From Nitrospirales bacterium (GTDB lineage Bacteria > Nitrospirota > Nitrospiria > Nitrospirales > UBA8639), in NCBI GenBank assembly GCA_965223685.1, contig CBDCXG010000003.1, positions 166,362 to 230,361 of the forward strand: a stretch of 64,000 nt of DNA, read 5' to 3'. Shown here piece by piece: positions 36,086 to 45,809 of the stretch (within the stretch, counting starts at the first letter, position 1; each line of letters begins with the position of its first letter). Both the position numbers and the translations under genes were made by a program. The notes below the pieces were generated by a model. The model made no database searches, was not told where the DNA came from, and worked only from the letters and a program-made list of their open reading frames with translations.

Positions 36086-37564
36086 TCACGATTCTGCAGC
36101 GATTAACTGATAACGCTTAATCTTGCTAGCCAATCCGACTCGAGACAAACCCAGTTCTTTGGCTGCCTTGCTTTGATTCCATCGGTGGCGGGTGAGACAT
36201 TGCGTCACGACTAATGCTTCCAATCGTTCAACTTTCTCTTTGAGGGTGCTTGCTTCATTGATATAAGCCTGATCTTGGTTACGAGGGTCCGGCGGCAAAG
36301 CCTGAGCGATTTCCGGGGACAAGTGGTCGACTGACAAGAATTCGCCATTGTTTGTTAACGACACCATCCGACGAATTTCTGTTTCCAACTCCCGAACATT
36401 GCCTGGAAAAGAATAAGCTTGAAAGTGGCGCATGACTTGGACCGAGATACCGGCAATTTTTCGATTGAGAGCTTCGGCATATTTTCGAGAAAGATATTCT
36501 GCTAAGACTGGAATATCTTCCACGCGTTCTCGCAGTGGGGGGAGGTTGATCTCAAATCCACGCAGGCGATAGTACAAGTCTTGTCGAAACTTTCCGGCTT
36601 CCACTAATTTTTTGAGTGAATGGTTAGACGCGACTAATATCCGAACATCAGCATATTGGACCTTTTCCGAACCTAATGGCTTGATTTCTCCTTCTTGGAG
36701 GAACCGTAAGAGGCTGACTTGAAACGAGGGAGAGACTTCAGAGATTTCATCGAGAAAGACGGTGCCACCATCGGCTGCTGAAAAAAGTCCAAGCCGGTCG
36801 CTCACCGCACCGGTAAAGGCCCCGCGTTTGTGCCCGAAGAGTTCAGACTGTAGTAAATCATCCGGCAACGCTCCACAATTTTGTACCAAAAACGGATAGT
36901 CTTTTCGTACACTAAACCCATGGATGGCTTTGGCCATAAGTTCTTTTCCCGTGCCGGTATCTCCCTGAATCAGGACTGGAAGGTCGGTCGGAGCGGCCTT
37001 CTTAGCAAGGTTGCAGACTTCTAACATGGCATCACTGGCAAAGACCAACTTGTCAAACTCGTAACTCTCCCGTAGCAGTTTTACCATGTGATCTTTCGGG
37101 CTACGAAAGGCATTGTCTGAAAATTTCAGTTCCCGACTCAGAATACGATGACGACGGGCTAACTCCCGGCTTTCTAAGGCCCGGTTCACTAACAGCCACA
37201 AATGCCATGGAGGACATGGCTTGGGGATCACTTGATAGACCGCTCCCGCTTTGAAGATTTCCATGACCTTTTTATCATCTCGCGATTCACTCAGAAATAT
37301 ACGAATTGTATCTGGATAATGAACGCGTGCTTCCCTAAAAAAACTCTCTCCGTTTGTATCCGAAACAGCTTCATCAAATAATATGGCATCAATCTCGTTC
37401 TGCCCTAACAGTTCGTTTGCTTCTTTGCCTGTCCCCGCGGTGAGAACTCTATAATCTTTGGAAAGATAGCTGAAGAGGGACTTGCGATTTTTCGCGTTTC
37501 CGTCAACAAGGAGAAGGGTTTCTTCTTTCTTCTCTGGCTTACTTTGCATAAACATCCCTTTCAA
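36086..37564 (-). CDS. Sigma54-dependent enhancer-binding response regulator, HoxA/HupR-like (REC-AAA+-HTH)
   Basis: GDTGTGKE Walker A, ELFGHKRGAFTGA, FLDEI Walker B, FRQDLYYRL, Fis-type HTH; adjacent to hupSL. Confidence 0.9.
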   Translation of the reverse strand: MKGMFMQSKPEKKEETLLLVDGNAKNRKSLFSYLSKDYRVLTAGTGKEANELLGQNEIDAILFDEAVSDTNGESFFREARVHYPDTIRIFLSESRDDKKVMEIFKAGAVYQVIPKPCPPWHLWLLVNRALESRELARRHRILSRELKFSDNAFRSPKDHMVKLLRESYEFDKLVFASDAMLEVCNLAKKAAPTDLPVLIQGDTGTGKELMAKAIHGFSVRKDYPFLVQNCGALPDDLLQSELFGHKRGAFTGAVSDRLGLFSAADGGTVFLDEISEVSPSFQVSLLRFLQEGEIKPLGSEKVQYADVRILVASNHSLKKLVEAGKFRQDLYYRLRGFEINLPPLRERVEDIPVLAEYLSRKYAEALNRKIAGISVQVMRHFQAYSFPGNVRELETEIRRMVSLTNNGEFLSVDHLSPEIAQALPPDPRNQDQAYINEASTLKEKVERLEALVVTQCLTRHRWNQSKAAKELGLSRVGLASKIKRYQLIAAES

Positions 37565-37659
37565 AATGAAAAGAAAGCTTACACATTTATAAAGAATTTC
37601 ACAAGGGTGACATAAAATAAGGGGAGTTCATGGTGATTTGGTGGTCCGCTCCTGGCCCA

Positions 37660-37837
37660 GGCTGTGTGAAAACACCACCGCTGTCTGACGGTAGCAGTGG
37701 ACTTCAAATGCAGTGTGACATGCCATTGATTAGCCGTAGATCCGAAAACGCCCTTTTAGGAGATGACTGGCGCTACCTGAAAACTTGATAGGCTTAAAGA
37801 TGATTTAAAAAAGCCATTTTTAGGTTTCCACACAGCC
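37660..37837. mobile_element. MITE-B copy 3 (178 bp), inserted in repeat R7
   Basis: TIRs GGCTGTGTGAAAAC / GTTTCCACACAGCC; flanks rejoin to GGTCCGCTCCTGGCCCA-AAGCGGATAC. Confidence 0.82.
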
Positions 37838-37943
37838 CAAAGCGGATACAACTTGGAGTAAACAAGATATACCGCCGAACCCAAAGAACTACAAGGGTTT
37901 TTGGTCCTCCTCATATAATGAGGTTGTATAAATGCCTTTACCG

Positions 37944-38966
37944 TTAAGGGAACAAAACGGAGAAAGTAAAAATGAATCGGAAATTTTCGGTCCCCTCTCC
38001 ACCCTGTTGATCATCTTCTTCATTGAGATCTTTCCAGATTGGAACCTTCGCCCCAACCGCCGCACTGAGATTCCTCCAATACCCTCGCACCCCTCCCAGC
38101 AGGTATAAAATGTCTCCACCCGTTGCTCGTTCATCCTCACCATTGGTGCGATCTCTGCCGAGATGAAGGTATTGGGGCTCTCCAGAAATGTCTAGCCGAA
38201 CCTTGTGCTGAGGATTGGTGTACGCTCGGTAGATCAGGGCTGGATTCGCTCGGTATTCGGTCCCGAAGCGAGTTCGATTTCCATCGGCATACCGGTTTTC
38301 GGTAAAGGCCGTCCGGGAGAGTTCCAGATTCACGGTCCACTGGTCCGCTACTACTCTGGTCGCGGTCAGGCCCGTAAAATAGGAGGGCGACCCAAAGCCG
38401 GTCGATTTTCCCGGATCAATGTTGCCATCATCGTCTCGCACATTGTCGTCTCCCGTAGGTATGGTGCTCCCCCCGATCAGGGTAAAGTGCCAGTCTTCAA
38501 GGTCGTCCAGACTTTCATTCGCCGGAATCAGACGAAAACCTTCATCCCATTTGAACCCGAGTTGCCCAAAGAGGGAAATATCCGCAAATCCACTGGTATC
38601 AAACCCGCCGGGTTCATCCTCCTTTTGATTGTAGGGAACGAACAGATAGGCGGAGAACCATGAGGTGACCCCGTACCCAAGGCCACCAATCCAGAAGTTG
38701 GCATAATCACTTTCAGGATTCGCCCGATCCGAGTCAAAGGTCTCATAATCGGCATGGTCGAGTTTGAAGTACAGGAGAAGTTTGCTGTCCGGTAAGGTAG
38801 AGGAGTTAGCTGCCTCAATCGGTGCACCGGGGCCTTGCAAAGCGGCGGCTCCAATTCCTGCCACCCCATGGTGTGCGTAGGTGGGTAGAGCCCCTGTTCC
38901 CAGGAACATCAGGATACCGACAAGAGTCAGCCATTGAATGTTCAAGAACGACGGATGAGCTGCCAT
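37944..38966 (-). CDS. Putative outer-membrane beta-barrel transporter with His-His mature N-terminus
   Basis: Signal peptide ending TYA, then HHG; alternating amphipathic strands. Substrate is inference from context. Confidence 0.6.
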   Translation of the reverse strand: MAAHPSFLNIQWLTLVGILMFLGTGALPTYAHHGVAGIGAAALQGPGAPIEAANSSTLPDSKLLLYFKLDHADYETFDSDRANPESDYANFWIGGLGYGVTSWFSAYLFVPYNQKEDEPGGFDTSGFADISLFGQLGFKWDEGFRLIPANESLDDLEDWHFTLIGGSTIPTGDDNVRDDDGNIDPGKSTGFGSPSYFTGLTATRVVADQWTVNLELSRTAFTENRYADGNRTRFGTEYRANPALIYRAYTNPQHKVRLDISGEPQYLHLGRDRTNGEDERATGGDILYLLGGVRGYWRNLSAAVGAKVPIWKDLNEEDDQQGGEGTENFRFIFTFSVLFP

Positions 38967-38969
38967 GGT

Positions 38970-39725
38970 TTAAGGGAGGTCAGGCAACTCAAACAATAAG
39001 GTGGTGCTGCGGAGAAGGGAATCCGCCTTTCCCGCATCGACGGCCGGTTCTTTAATACTGCCGGTGATGACTTGAGGCCCACCATGGCGCACGCGAATAT
39101 TGATACGTCCGTCCTGGCCGGTCACACCACGAGGGTTGCCATCATAGGCCACCGTTACTCCCTGACGGGGTTTCCCTGACTGCAAAACGACAAGTCGAAG
39201 TTTCTCACCTTCCTTCACGAGGAATGGGTTTTTTTCGAGAAAGATCTCCAACCCCTGCGGTAAGGATGATGGGTGTTCAAGTTGATTCCAGGAGTTGAGT
39301 AACGTCGTACTCTCGATCACTCGCCATGTATAACGTGCTTCAGGAACCTGTTCGCCAGATTGATGGATTGTCTCAATTCCGGTTTCGGGCCAATACCCTG
39401 AATTCACTTCCACCGTGAGTCGGGCACAGGGACCGGGAATTCGAGCTGGATAGTCAGTCGGAGGGTCGACCTTCCGGGGAACACCATCAGGGGATACACA
39501 AGTGATGTGCTGAATAATGGCTGGGTCATAGGGGACCAGGAATTCTCCCTCATGGTTGCCAAAATGATGCCCGCGATATAACACATACTCCTGTCCTTCC
39601 TGTTGGAACCAAAAATCATGGGCCTCCACAGGAAGCTGGAGGAACATCATAGCTCCAAAAGTAAAACCAATGACAGGGATGTATCGAACAATAAAGGTCG
39701 AGATGCGGTAACGAAGGTAGATCAT
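38970..39725 (-). CDS. DUF4198-family periplasmic protein (putative Ni/Co binding)
   Basis: Signal ending VEA then HDFW; GLEIFLEKNP and TGQDGRINI motifs. Confidence 0.75.
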   Translation of the reverse strand: MIYLRYRISTFIVRYIPVIGFTFGAMMFLQLPVEAHDFWFQQEGQEYVLYRGHHFGNHEGEFLVPYDPAIIQHITCVSPDGVPRKVDPPTDYPARIPGPCARLTVEVNSGYWPETGIETIHQSGEQVPEARYTWRVIESTTLLNSWNQLEHPSSLPQGLEIFLEKNPFLVKEGEKLRLVVLQSGKPRQGVTVAYDGNPRGVTGQDGRINIRVRHGGPQVITGSIKEPAVDAGKADSLLRSTTLLFELPDLP

Positions 39726-40061
39726 AGGAGTGAGGGAAGGACGCTACAAACGGAATTACGAGATAGAGGGCATGGAATTCAGATGTTCTGTAAGTTTATT
39801 GATATAACAGGTGAAAAAAAGAGATGATGAAAAATGGGAGAAGGATTTGTCAACTTCATGGGCAACCTTAATACCCAACCCTATCTCGCTCTAGGTGACT
39901 TTTTTGTGCTCTCAAAAACCGCATCTCTCGTAGCAGACAAAAAGAAAGCCTCTCCGCATCACGACAGGAGACTTCAAACGAGTTTGTGACCGCTTCTGGC
40001 CGAACTCTGCCGAGTAGCCGAAACAATTGCCGTTGGATAGCAGACCACTCTAACCGGACGC

Positions 40062-40427
40062 TCACTCGAGCTTTGCGCCCATGTTGGTCATTGACCACTC
40101 CGCCATCGCCCTCAGTACTGGTTTCAACGATCGCCCTATCGGGGTAAGCGAGTACTCTGTCCGTGGTGGCACTTCGGTATAGACTTTCCTCTGAATGAGC
40201 CCATCGTGTTCTAGCTCCCGCAAATGTTTCGTGAGCATTCGTTGTGAGGCGTCTGGAATTGCTCGCCGCAGCTCTTGAAAACGTTTCGTCCCCTTCAGTA
40301 ACTGATCAATGATCGGGCACTTCCAACGTCCTCCAATCACCTCAATAGTGGTTTCGACCGGACAGTTTGTTGTCGAGGACAACGTTGATCGAATGTGGGC
40401 TCTCGCTGTTTTTTTCATAGTTCCCAT
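40062..40427 (-). CDS. HxlR-family winged-helix transcriptional regulator
   Basis: [38 protein letters not shown]. Confidence 0.92.
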   Translation of the reverse strand: MGTMKKTARAHIRSTLSSTTNCPVETTIEVIGGRWKCPIIDQLLKGTKRFQELRRAIPDASQRMLTKHLRELEHDGLIQRKVYTEVPPRTEYSLTPIGRSLKPVLRAMAEWSMTNMGAKLE

Positions 40428-40505
40428 AATGTACCTACTTACGAATGTGTTCAACCATATGCAACAATCCTATTTTACACATCAACCTCATGAGGAGATA
40501 GGACG

Positions 40506-41093
40506 ATGAAAAAGGCTAAAGCGAGTGATGCGGCAATGATTTTGATCGATCATCAAATTGGCACTATGAACTGGATCGGATCAATCCCAAAGTCCATCGT
40601 GGAAGCGAACACACGCGCATTAGCGAAGGTGGCGGTGGCTCTGAACATGCCCCTGGTTTTCACGAGTAGCCAGGAAGATCAGATGCAGGGGCCGTTAATG
40701 CCCGCTCTTGAAGCAATTGCGCCTGACGCGTTTGGCGCTCGGATTAAACGACCCGGTGTCGTCAATTGTTGGGATGATGAGCGATTTGCGCGGGCTTGCC
40801 GCGACACGAGACGTCAGCAGTTCATCATGGCCGGCGTGACCACTGACGTCTGCCTGGCCCCACCAGCGATCAGTGCCGCTGAAGAGGGGTTTGAGGTCTA
40901 CGGTGTCGTTGATGCCTCCGGTTCTCCGGCCACGTTGACCGATGAAATGGCCTTTCGTCGTATGGAACGTTCTGGCGTGGAATTGACGACAACGAGTGCC
41001 ATCATTGCCGATCTCGCAGTTAATTGGGCGAGTGAAGATGGTGGCAAGCTCATGAAAATTCTGGGCGAAGAAATCTTAGGTGGTGGCCACTAA
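40506..41093 (+). CDS. Isochorismatase-family cysteine hydrolase (YcaC-like)
   Basis: ILIDHQ, AGVTTDVC; divergent from the HxlR gene. Confidence 0.9.
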   Translation: MKKAKASDAAMILIDHQIGTMNWIGSIPKSIVEANTRALAKVAVALNMPLVFTSSQEDQMQGPLMPALEAIAPDAFGARIKRPGVVNCWDDERFARACRDTRRQQFIMAGVTTDVCLAPPAISAAEEGFEVYGVVDASGSPATLTDEMAFRRMERSGVELTTTSAIIADLAVNWASEDGGKLMKILGEEILGGGH

Positions 41094-41228
41094 CAGGAGC
41101 ATTGACTTGAAACGCGATACGATTTTTTTGCCAGCAAGTACCAGGAATTATGCAGAGACATTCGGATGTCGCACCAAGTTTCGGGTTAGATCTTGTCATG
41201 CGACAGCGTGAATGTCTAGACTGCCTCT

Positions 41229-41761
41229 ATGACCCGTGCATTGGTTCTCACAGTCATCGGCAAAGATCGGCCTGGATTGGTCGAATCTCTGGCAGATGTC
41301 ATCGCACAATATGAGGGGAGTTGGGACGAGAGCCGTATGGCGCGCCTAGCCGGACATTTCGCTGGCGTTGTCCAGATTCATCTCCCTGAACATCAGACGG
41401 AGAGCTTCATGACGGCTCTTCCGATGCTAGCCGACCGCGGGCTTTCTGTGAGTGTGGTGGACAGTGACTGGTCACTGGCGAGTGTCGATCATCACAATTC
41501 ATTACAGCTAGAGTTAGTTGGACAAGACCGTCCTGGCATTGTGCGAGAGATCTCGAGCAAGTTGGCGGCTCTCGGCGTTAGCATGCAAGACCTTCGGACC
41601 GTTGTCGAGAGTGCTCCCATGTCGGGCGAACGAATTTTTCGGGCTGAGACAGACTCGTCCTCCCTACCCAAACCGATTCCGAACAGGTCCGCGCCATTCT
41701 TGAGCGCCTTGCCGACGAGATGATGGTTGATATCACGTTGAAAAATACCAACAGAGCGTAG
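41229..41761 (+). pseudogene. ACT-domain GcvR-like protein with a frameshift near 41650
   Basis: Two ACT domains (IGKDRPGLV, VGQDRPGIV); the expected C-terminus LVLPTQTDSEQVRAILERLADEMMVDITL lies in another frame ending TAG 41761. Confidence 0.75.
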
Positions 41762-41906
41762 AAAGCTCTTGTGTCCTTGTGATTTTGCCCAAGTCAACAT
41801 TGGCCTCGATCTATACATGGAGTTAAGAAGCTGATCCCCGGCAAGTCAATGGCTGACTGTTTGGCCTATGATGTGTGTAGTGTTCTCTTGCCGTTAGATT
41901 CTTAAT

Positions 41907-42097
41907 GCGGCTGTTGAAAAAAGCCACCAGCGGCGTTCTCACCATTTTTCCGTGCTCACGTAGTACCAGTACGCTCCACGCGTAAAAATGGCTGCGGCCT
42001 TGCTGGATGAACTTTTTTGAACTGCCCCGAAGCTTTTGGTATCCAACGCAATCATGAGCAAAGTTGCCTCTGGTATTTTGTTTTATTCAACACTCCC
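41907..42097. mobile_element. MITE-A copy 6 (191 bp)
   Basis: Ends GCGGCTGTTGAA / TTCAACACTCCC; TSD TTAAT (41902-41906, 42098-42102). Confidence 0.92.
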
Positions 42098-42110
42098 TTA
42101 ATCCCTTCGA

Positions 42111-42878
42111 ATGTCTGCGTTCAGAGATTCCTTACATCACCTCTACTATGGAACGAGTAAAACATCGGTCTACTTTCGTTTTGGGCTGATTGCGTTCGAC
42201 ATCATTACCATCAGTTTTTTTATCGTGACCTCCATGGTGGAGTTATCTACTTGGATTATCACCATTGACGTCATGATCGCGATTGTTCTGAGCTTAGATT
42301 TTTTTGCTAGGTTGTTCCTTGCTGGCGATCGCCTCAATTTTCTTATTCAGCCGATTTCCCTTCTCGACATCGTGGTCATCCTTGCGCTGCTGGCGGCGGC
42401 ATTCATTGAAAATCTTGCATTCTTACGAGTATTCCGGTCCCTCCGGTTATTGCGATCGTATCATCTCCTCAGAGATCTCCGAAGTCAGTATCGCTTTTTT
42501 GCCAGAAACGAAGAGGTGATACACAGCGTTATTAACCTCTTTGTGTTTATTTTTGTGGTCACAGCGCTGGTTTATGTGTTTCAGCATGATGTGAATTCGC
42601 AAATTAGCACGTACACAGACGCGCTGTATTTTACCGTGACAACTCTGACGACTACGGGCTTTGGCGATATCACCCTAACAGGAGACATTGGGCGATTATT
42701 AGCAGTCGTGATTATGGTGCTAGGCGTTGCATTATTTCTCCATCTCCTCCAGGCCGTGTTTCGACCTGCCAAGGTAGAATATGGCTGTCCTGACTGCGGA
42801 CTGAAACGACATGATCCCGATGCCGTGCATTGCAAACACTGCGGGCGAACCATCCATATTGAAACAGAAGGTGCATAA
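42111..42878 (+). CDS. Six-TM potassium-channel family protein with C-terminal zinc ribbon
   Basis: S4-like LRVFRSLRLLR, pore TTTGFGD, CPDC...CKHC. Confidence 0.88.
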   Translation: MSAFRDSLHHLYYGTSKTSVYFRFGLIAFDIITISFFIVTSMVELSTWIITIDVMIAIVLSLDFFARLFLAGDRLNFLIQPISLLDIVVILALLAAAFIENLAFLRVFRSLRLLRSYHLLRDLRSQYRFFARNEEVIHSVINLFVFIFVVTALVYVFQHDVNSQISTYTDALYFTVTTLTTTGFGDITLTGDIGRLLAVVIMVLGVALFLHLLQAVFRPAKVEYGCPDCGLKRHDPDAVHCKHCGRTIHIETEGA

Positions 42879-43059
42879 TTATGCCTCGACAGCAAATTTT
42901 TATGCTCATGTCTTTTGCAATCTGAGGCCTGTATACAATTTCCCCCTAGCTATGATAATTTTCTCGCACGCCCTGTGCTGTTTTTCAAGGCAGTAGGTTC
43001 GCAGCATATTTTCTAGCGCATTTTTCCTAACATTCTTTTTAACCATAAGGAGATGACTC

Positions 43060-43518
43060 ATGATCCGGATGTGTATTCAAGCTTCCATCCTCATCACAAC
43101 GTTCGTGCTTATGAGTGCGTGTGCTACCGATAATCTCAAGTCACAGGCTTCACTTTTTGATCGCCTAGGAGGCAAGGAAGCCATTGATATGGTGGTGAAT
43201 GATTTTATTGACACCGTGGGCAGTGATCAGCGGATTGAAAACCCAAAGGTGGGCGAACGGCTTGGGGAAATTGATATTCGTCGCTTGAAACAGTTGGTGG
43301 CTGAGCAAGTGTGTATGGCGACGGGTGGGCCGTGTGAGTATACGGGGCGAGATATGAAATCATCTCATGTTGGTCTGGATATTACCAATGACGAGTTTGA
43401 TTATGTCGTTGATGATCTGATCAAGACCTTGAACCAATATAAAGTTCCGGAGAAAGAACAGCAAGAATTGCTGTTGCTCCTTGCTCCCATGCGTGCCGAC
43501 ATTGTTCAAGCTCCGTAA
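43060..43518 (+). CDS. Group 1 truncated haemoglobin with lipoprotein signal
   Basis: SLFDRLGG, ATGGP, proximal His MKSSH; lipobox MSAC. Confidence 0.88.
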   Translation: MIRMCIQASILITTFVLMSACATDNLKSQASLFDRLGGKEAIDMVVNDFIDTVGSDQRIENPKVGERLGEIDIRRLKQLVAEQVCMATGGPCEYTGRDMKSSHVGLDITNDEFDYVVDDLIKTLNQYKVPEKEQQELLLLLAPMRADIVQAP

Positions 43519-43682
43519 GTGAGGGTTTGTTGCTTAAATAAGGGGACATCGACAGATACAAGATTCAGCGTTGTGATCGGGAATTCTAGGTTGAAGAACG
43601 TATCAAAGCTGGTTTTCCGAATGTCTCCCTTGACCATTCTTTGATGATTAGATCAAGTTCTGGCGATGATCATCCTTCTATC

Positions 43683-45011
43683 TTATTTGACTGGGGTATT
43701 GGAAGGTTCCTTTGGAAATTTGAGTGTGAACGTGCTCCCGTGATTGGGTTCACTTTTTACGAAGACTTCACCGCCATGCGCGACCATAATTTTCTTCACA
43801 AGACTTAGCCCCAGACCATACCCTCCCGTGTTTTTGGTTCGTGATGGGTCTATCCGATAAAAGGGCTCAAAAATGCGCGACTGATCCTCTACTGGTATTC
43901 CAATGCCATGGTCTTTTACAGTGACAAAGGCCGAATCTTTGTTGACCTCAATGTGAAGTGTGACAGGACCGAATTCAGGACGAGAATACTTCACGGCATT
44001 GTCTATGACATTTCGTATGGCGATCTGCACGCGATGAGGATCGAGTGGCAGGCGGACATACTGTGGTGCTGATACAAGCTGAACACCTGGTCCAACCGAG
44101 GCGTAGGACTCAGCCAATTCTTTCACGATAGGGACAAGATTTGTTGAGACTACACTCAGACCGCCCGTCTGACTGTTGAGCTGCTCTGATTCCAGCAACT
44201 CAGTCACCATGGCTTCTAGTTCTCGAATCTCCTGCTGGAGAGTCTCCTTAGCAGAATTGTCCGTCATCATCTCGACGGTCAGTTTCATTCGGGTGAGGGG
44301 TGAACGAAGTTCATGGCTGACATCAAGTAAGAGCCGATCTCGTGTGTGAATCATATCGCTGACTTGGTGCGCCATCTCATTAAATGATTGGGTTAATCGC
44401 CCAAGTTCATCAGCCGAACGGACGGGAACTTGGTGGTCGAAGTGCCCTGTCGCAATTTCTGCTACACCTTTGTTCAGCCAATGCAGGGGCCTAAACAACC
44501 GATGAACGGCGATGTAGCTCGCTCCAATAATTAATCCTACTATCCCAATCAGTCCTAAAAAGCTCCAGCCAGGGAGTTCTCCAAACGGCCGATGTTGAAA
44601 AAACAAGGCATATTGAATGTCGTCTTCTTCGATGAGCACGAAAGGATGCCGGCGATAGCGCCCAACCTGTGTGGTTGCATTGGAAAAGGCCTCTTCAATC
44701 GTCAATGCCGACACAGGAGGAAGGGTCGGATCCGTTGACCATGTTTCTGTACGGCTCTTCATGCGAAATTGGACGCCTAATTCATTGGCTAGGGCTCTTG
44801 CTCGTTTCTCATCTGGGGGAGTTCCGACTTCCTGCACTAACTGAAGAGAGTATTTGGATAAGTTTCTGAACAAGTCCGCTTTGAAACTCTGATTTTGATC
44901 AAGCCCAATGAAAAAAAATCCGCGGATGACGAGAATGAGGGCAAAAGCAGTAGCTAGAAAAATGAGGAGTAGCTTGACGAAAATAGAACGTTGGCGAAGG
45001 AGGTTAATCAT
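43683..45011 (-). CDS. Sensor histidine kinase (2 TM, HAMP)
   Basis: DELGRL HAMP, DVSHELRSP H-box, DHGIGI, GGYGLGL. Confidence 0.93.
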   Translation of the reverse strand: MINLLRQRSIFVKLLLIFLATAFALILVIRGFFFIGLDQNQSFKADLFRNLSKYSLQLVQEVGTPPDEKRARALANELGVQFRMKSRTETWSTDPTLPPVSALTIEEAFSNATTQVGRYRRHPFVLIEEDDIQYALFFQHRPFGELPGWSFLGLIGIVGLIIGASYIAVHRLFRPLHWLNKGVAEIATGHFDHQVPVRSADELGRLTQSFNEMAHQVSDMIHTRDRLLLDVSHELRSPLTRMKLTVEMMTDNSAKETLQQEIRELEAMVTELLESEQLNSQTGGLSVVSTNLVPIVKELAESYASVGPGVQLVSAPQYVRLPLDPHRVQIAIRNVIDNAVKYSRPEFGPVTLHIEVNKDSAFVTVKDHGIGIPVEDQSRIFEPFYRIDPSRTKNTGGYGLGLSLVKKIMVAHGGEVFVKSEPNHGSTFTLKFPKEPSNTPVK

Positions 45012-45748
45012 TTGTCATGAATCGAATCGCGCGGGAACTCCACATCCATAGGACGCGGGATTTGCAGAAATTGATATCCGGCACCCCAGATGGTTTTGAT
45101 GTAGCGCGGTCGTTTGGGGTCATCTTGCAGTTTTTGGCGTAGACGACTGACCGCCACATCGATAGAACGGTTGTAGGCTTCCCAGTCGATTCCACGGATG
45201 CGGTCCATCATTTCTTCTCGGCTCAGTACGGCCTGAGGGTTCTTAAGGAACAGGGCCAGGATTTCAAATTCCATGGTAGTCAGATCCAGAGGATGGCCCT
45301 TTAGTAAGACTGTCTGCTTACGAAGATCGACGGTCAATTCGTCAGCTTGGATCCGATCAGCTGTCGAATGATGGCTCCCTGCGACATCGCTCCGTCGCAA
45401 CACACTTTGGATTCTTGCGACGAGCTCTCGTGGTTCAAAGGGCTTGGCGAGATAGTCGTCAGCCCCGATTTCGAGTCCCACGATACGGTCAGGAAGATCG
45501 CCGCGGGCCGTCAGCATGATGATCGGCACGGTACTTTCCTTCCGGATTTCGCGACAAACGGTAAAGCCATCTTTCTCAGGAAGCATGAGATCCAGAATGA
45601 TTAGTGATGGACTCTTCTGCCGAAACAAGGTCAGGCCTTGCTCAGGATGCTCTGCCGTTAACACCGTCATTCCAAACGGACTGAGGTAGTCTTTCAGCAA
45701 CTCATTAAGCTTGTGATCATCATCGATAATTAGGATAGTGGTGGCCAT
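45008..45748 (-). CDS. OmpR-family response regulator (CpxR-like)
   Basis: ILIIDDD, LDLMLP, GADDYLAKPF, winged helix RSIDVAVSRLRQKL. Confidence 0.93.
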   Translation of the reverse strand: MATTILIIDDDHKLNELLKDYLSPFGMTVLTAEHPEQGLTLFRQKSPSLIILDLMLPEKDGFTVCREIRKESTVPIIMLTARGDLPDRIVGLEIGADDYLAKPFEPRELVARIQSVLRRSDVAGSHHSTADRIQADELTVDLRKQTVLLKGHPLDLTTMEFEILALFLKNPQAVLSREEMMDRIRGIDWEAYNRSIDVAVSRLRQKLQDDPKRPRYIKTIWGAGYQFLQIPRPMDVEFPRDSIHDK

Positions 45749-45770
45749 AATGGCTTAGGGGTGCAAATAG

Positions 45771-45798
45771 GACGGGGAAGACTCAAGCCTTCCCCGTC
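45771..45798 (-). terminator. Hairpin after the Spy/CpxP-like gene
   Basis: GACGGGGAAG / CTTCCCCGTC inverted repeat, weak U-tract. Confidence 0.5.
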
Positions 45799-45809
45799 GT
45801 TCACCCGAA

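Noticed and set aside
39726-40061. Cobalamin or Ni/Co riboswitch, or NikR operator, upstream of the DUF4198 operon
   Set aside because: I could not find B12-box or NiCo consensus elements or a convincing dyad by eye; an Rfam scan would settle it.
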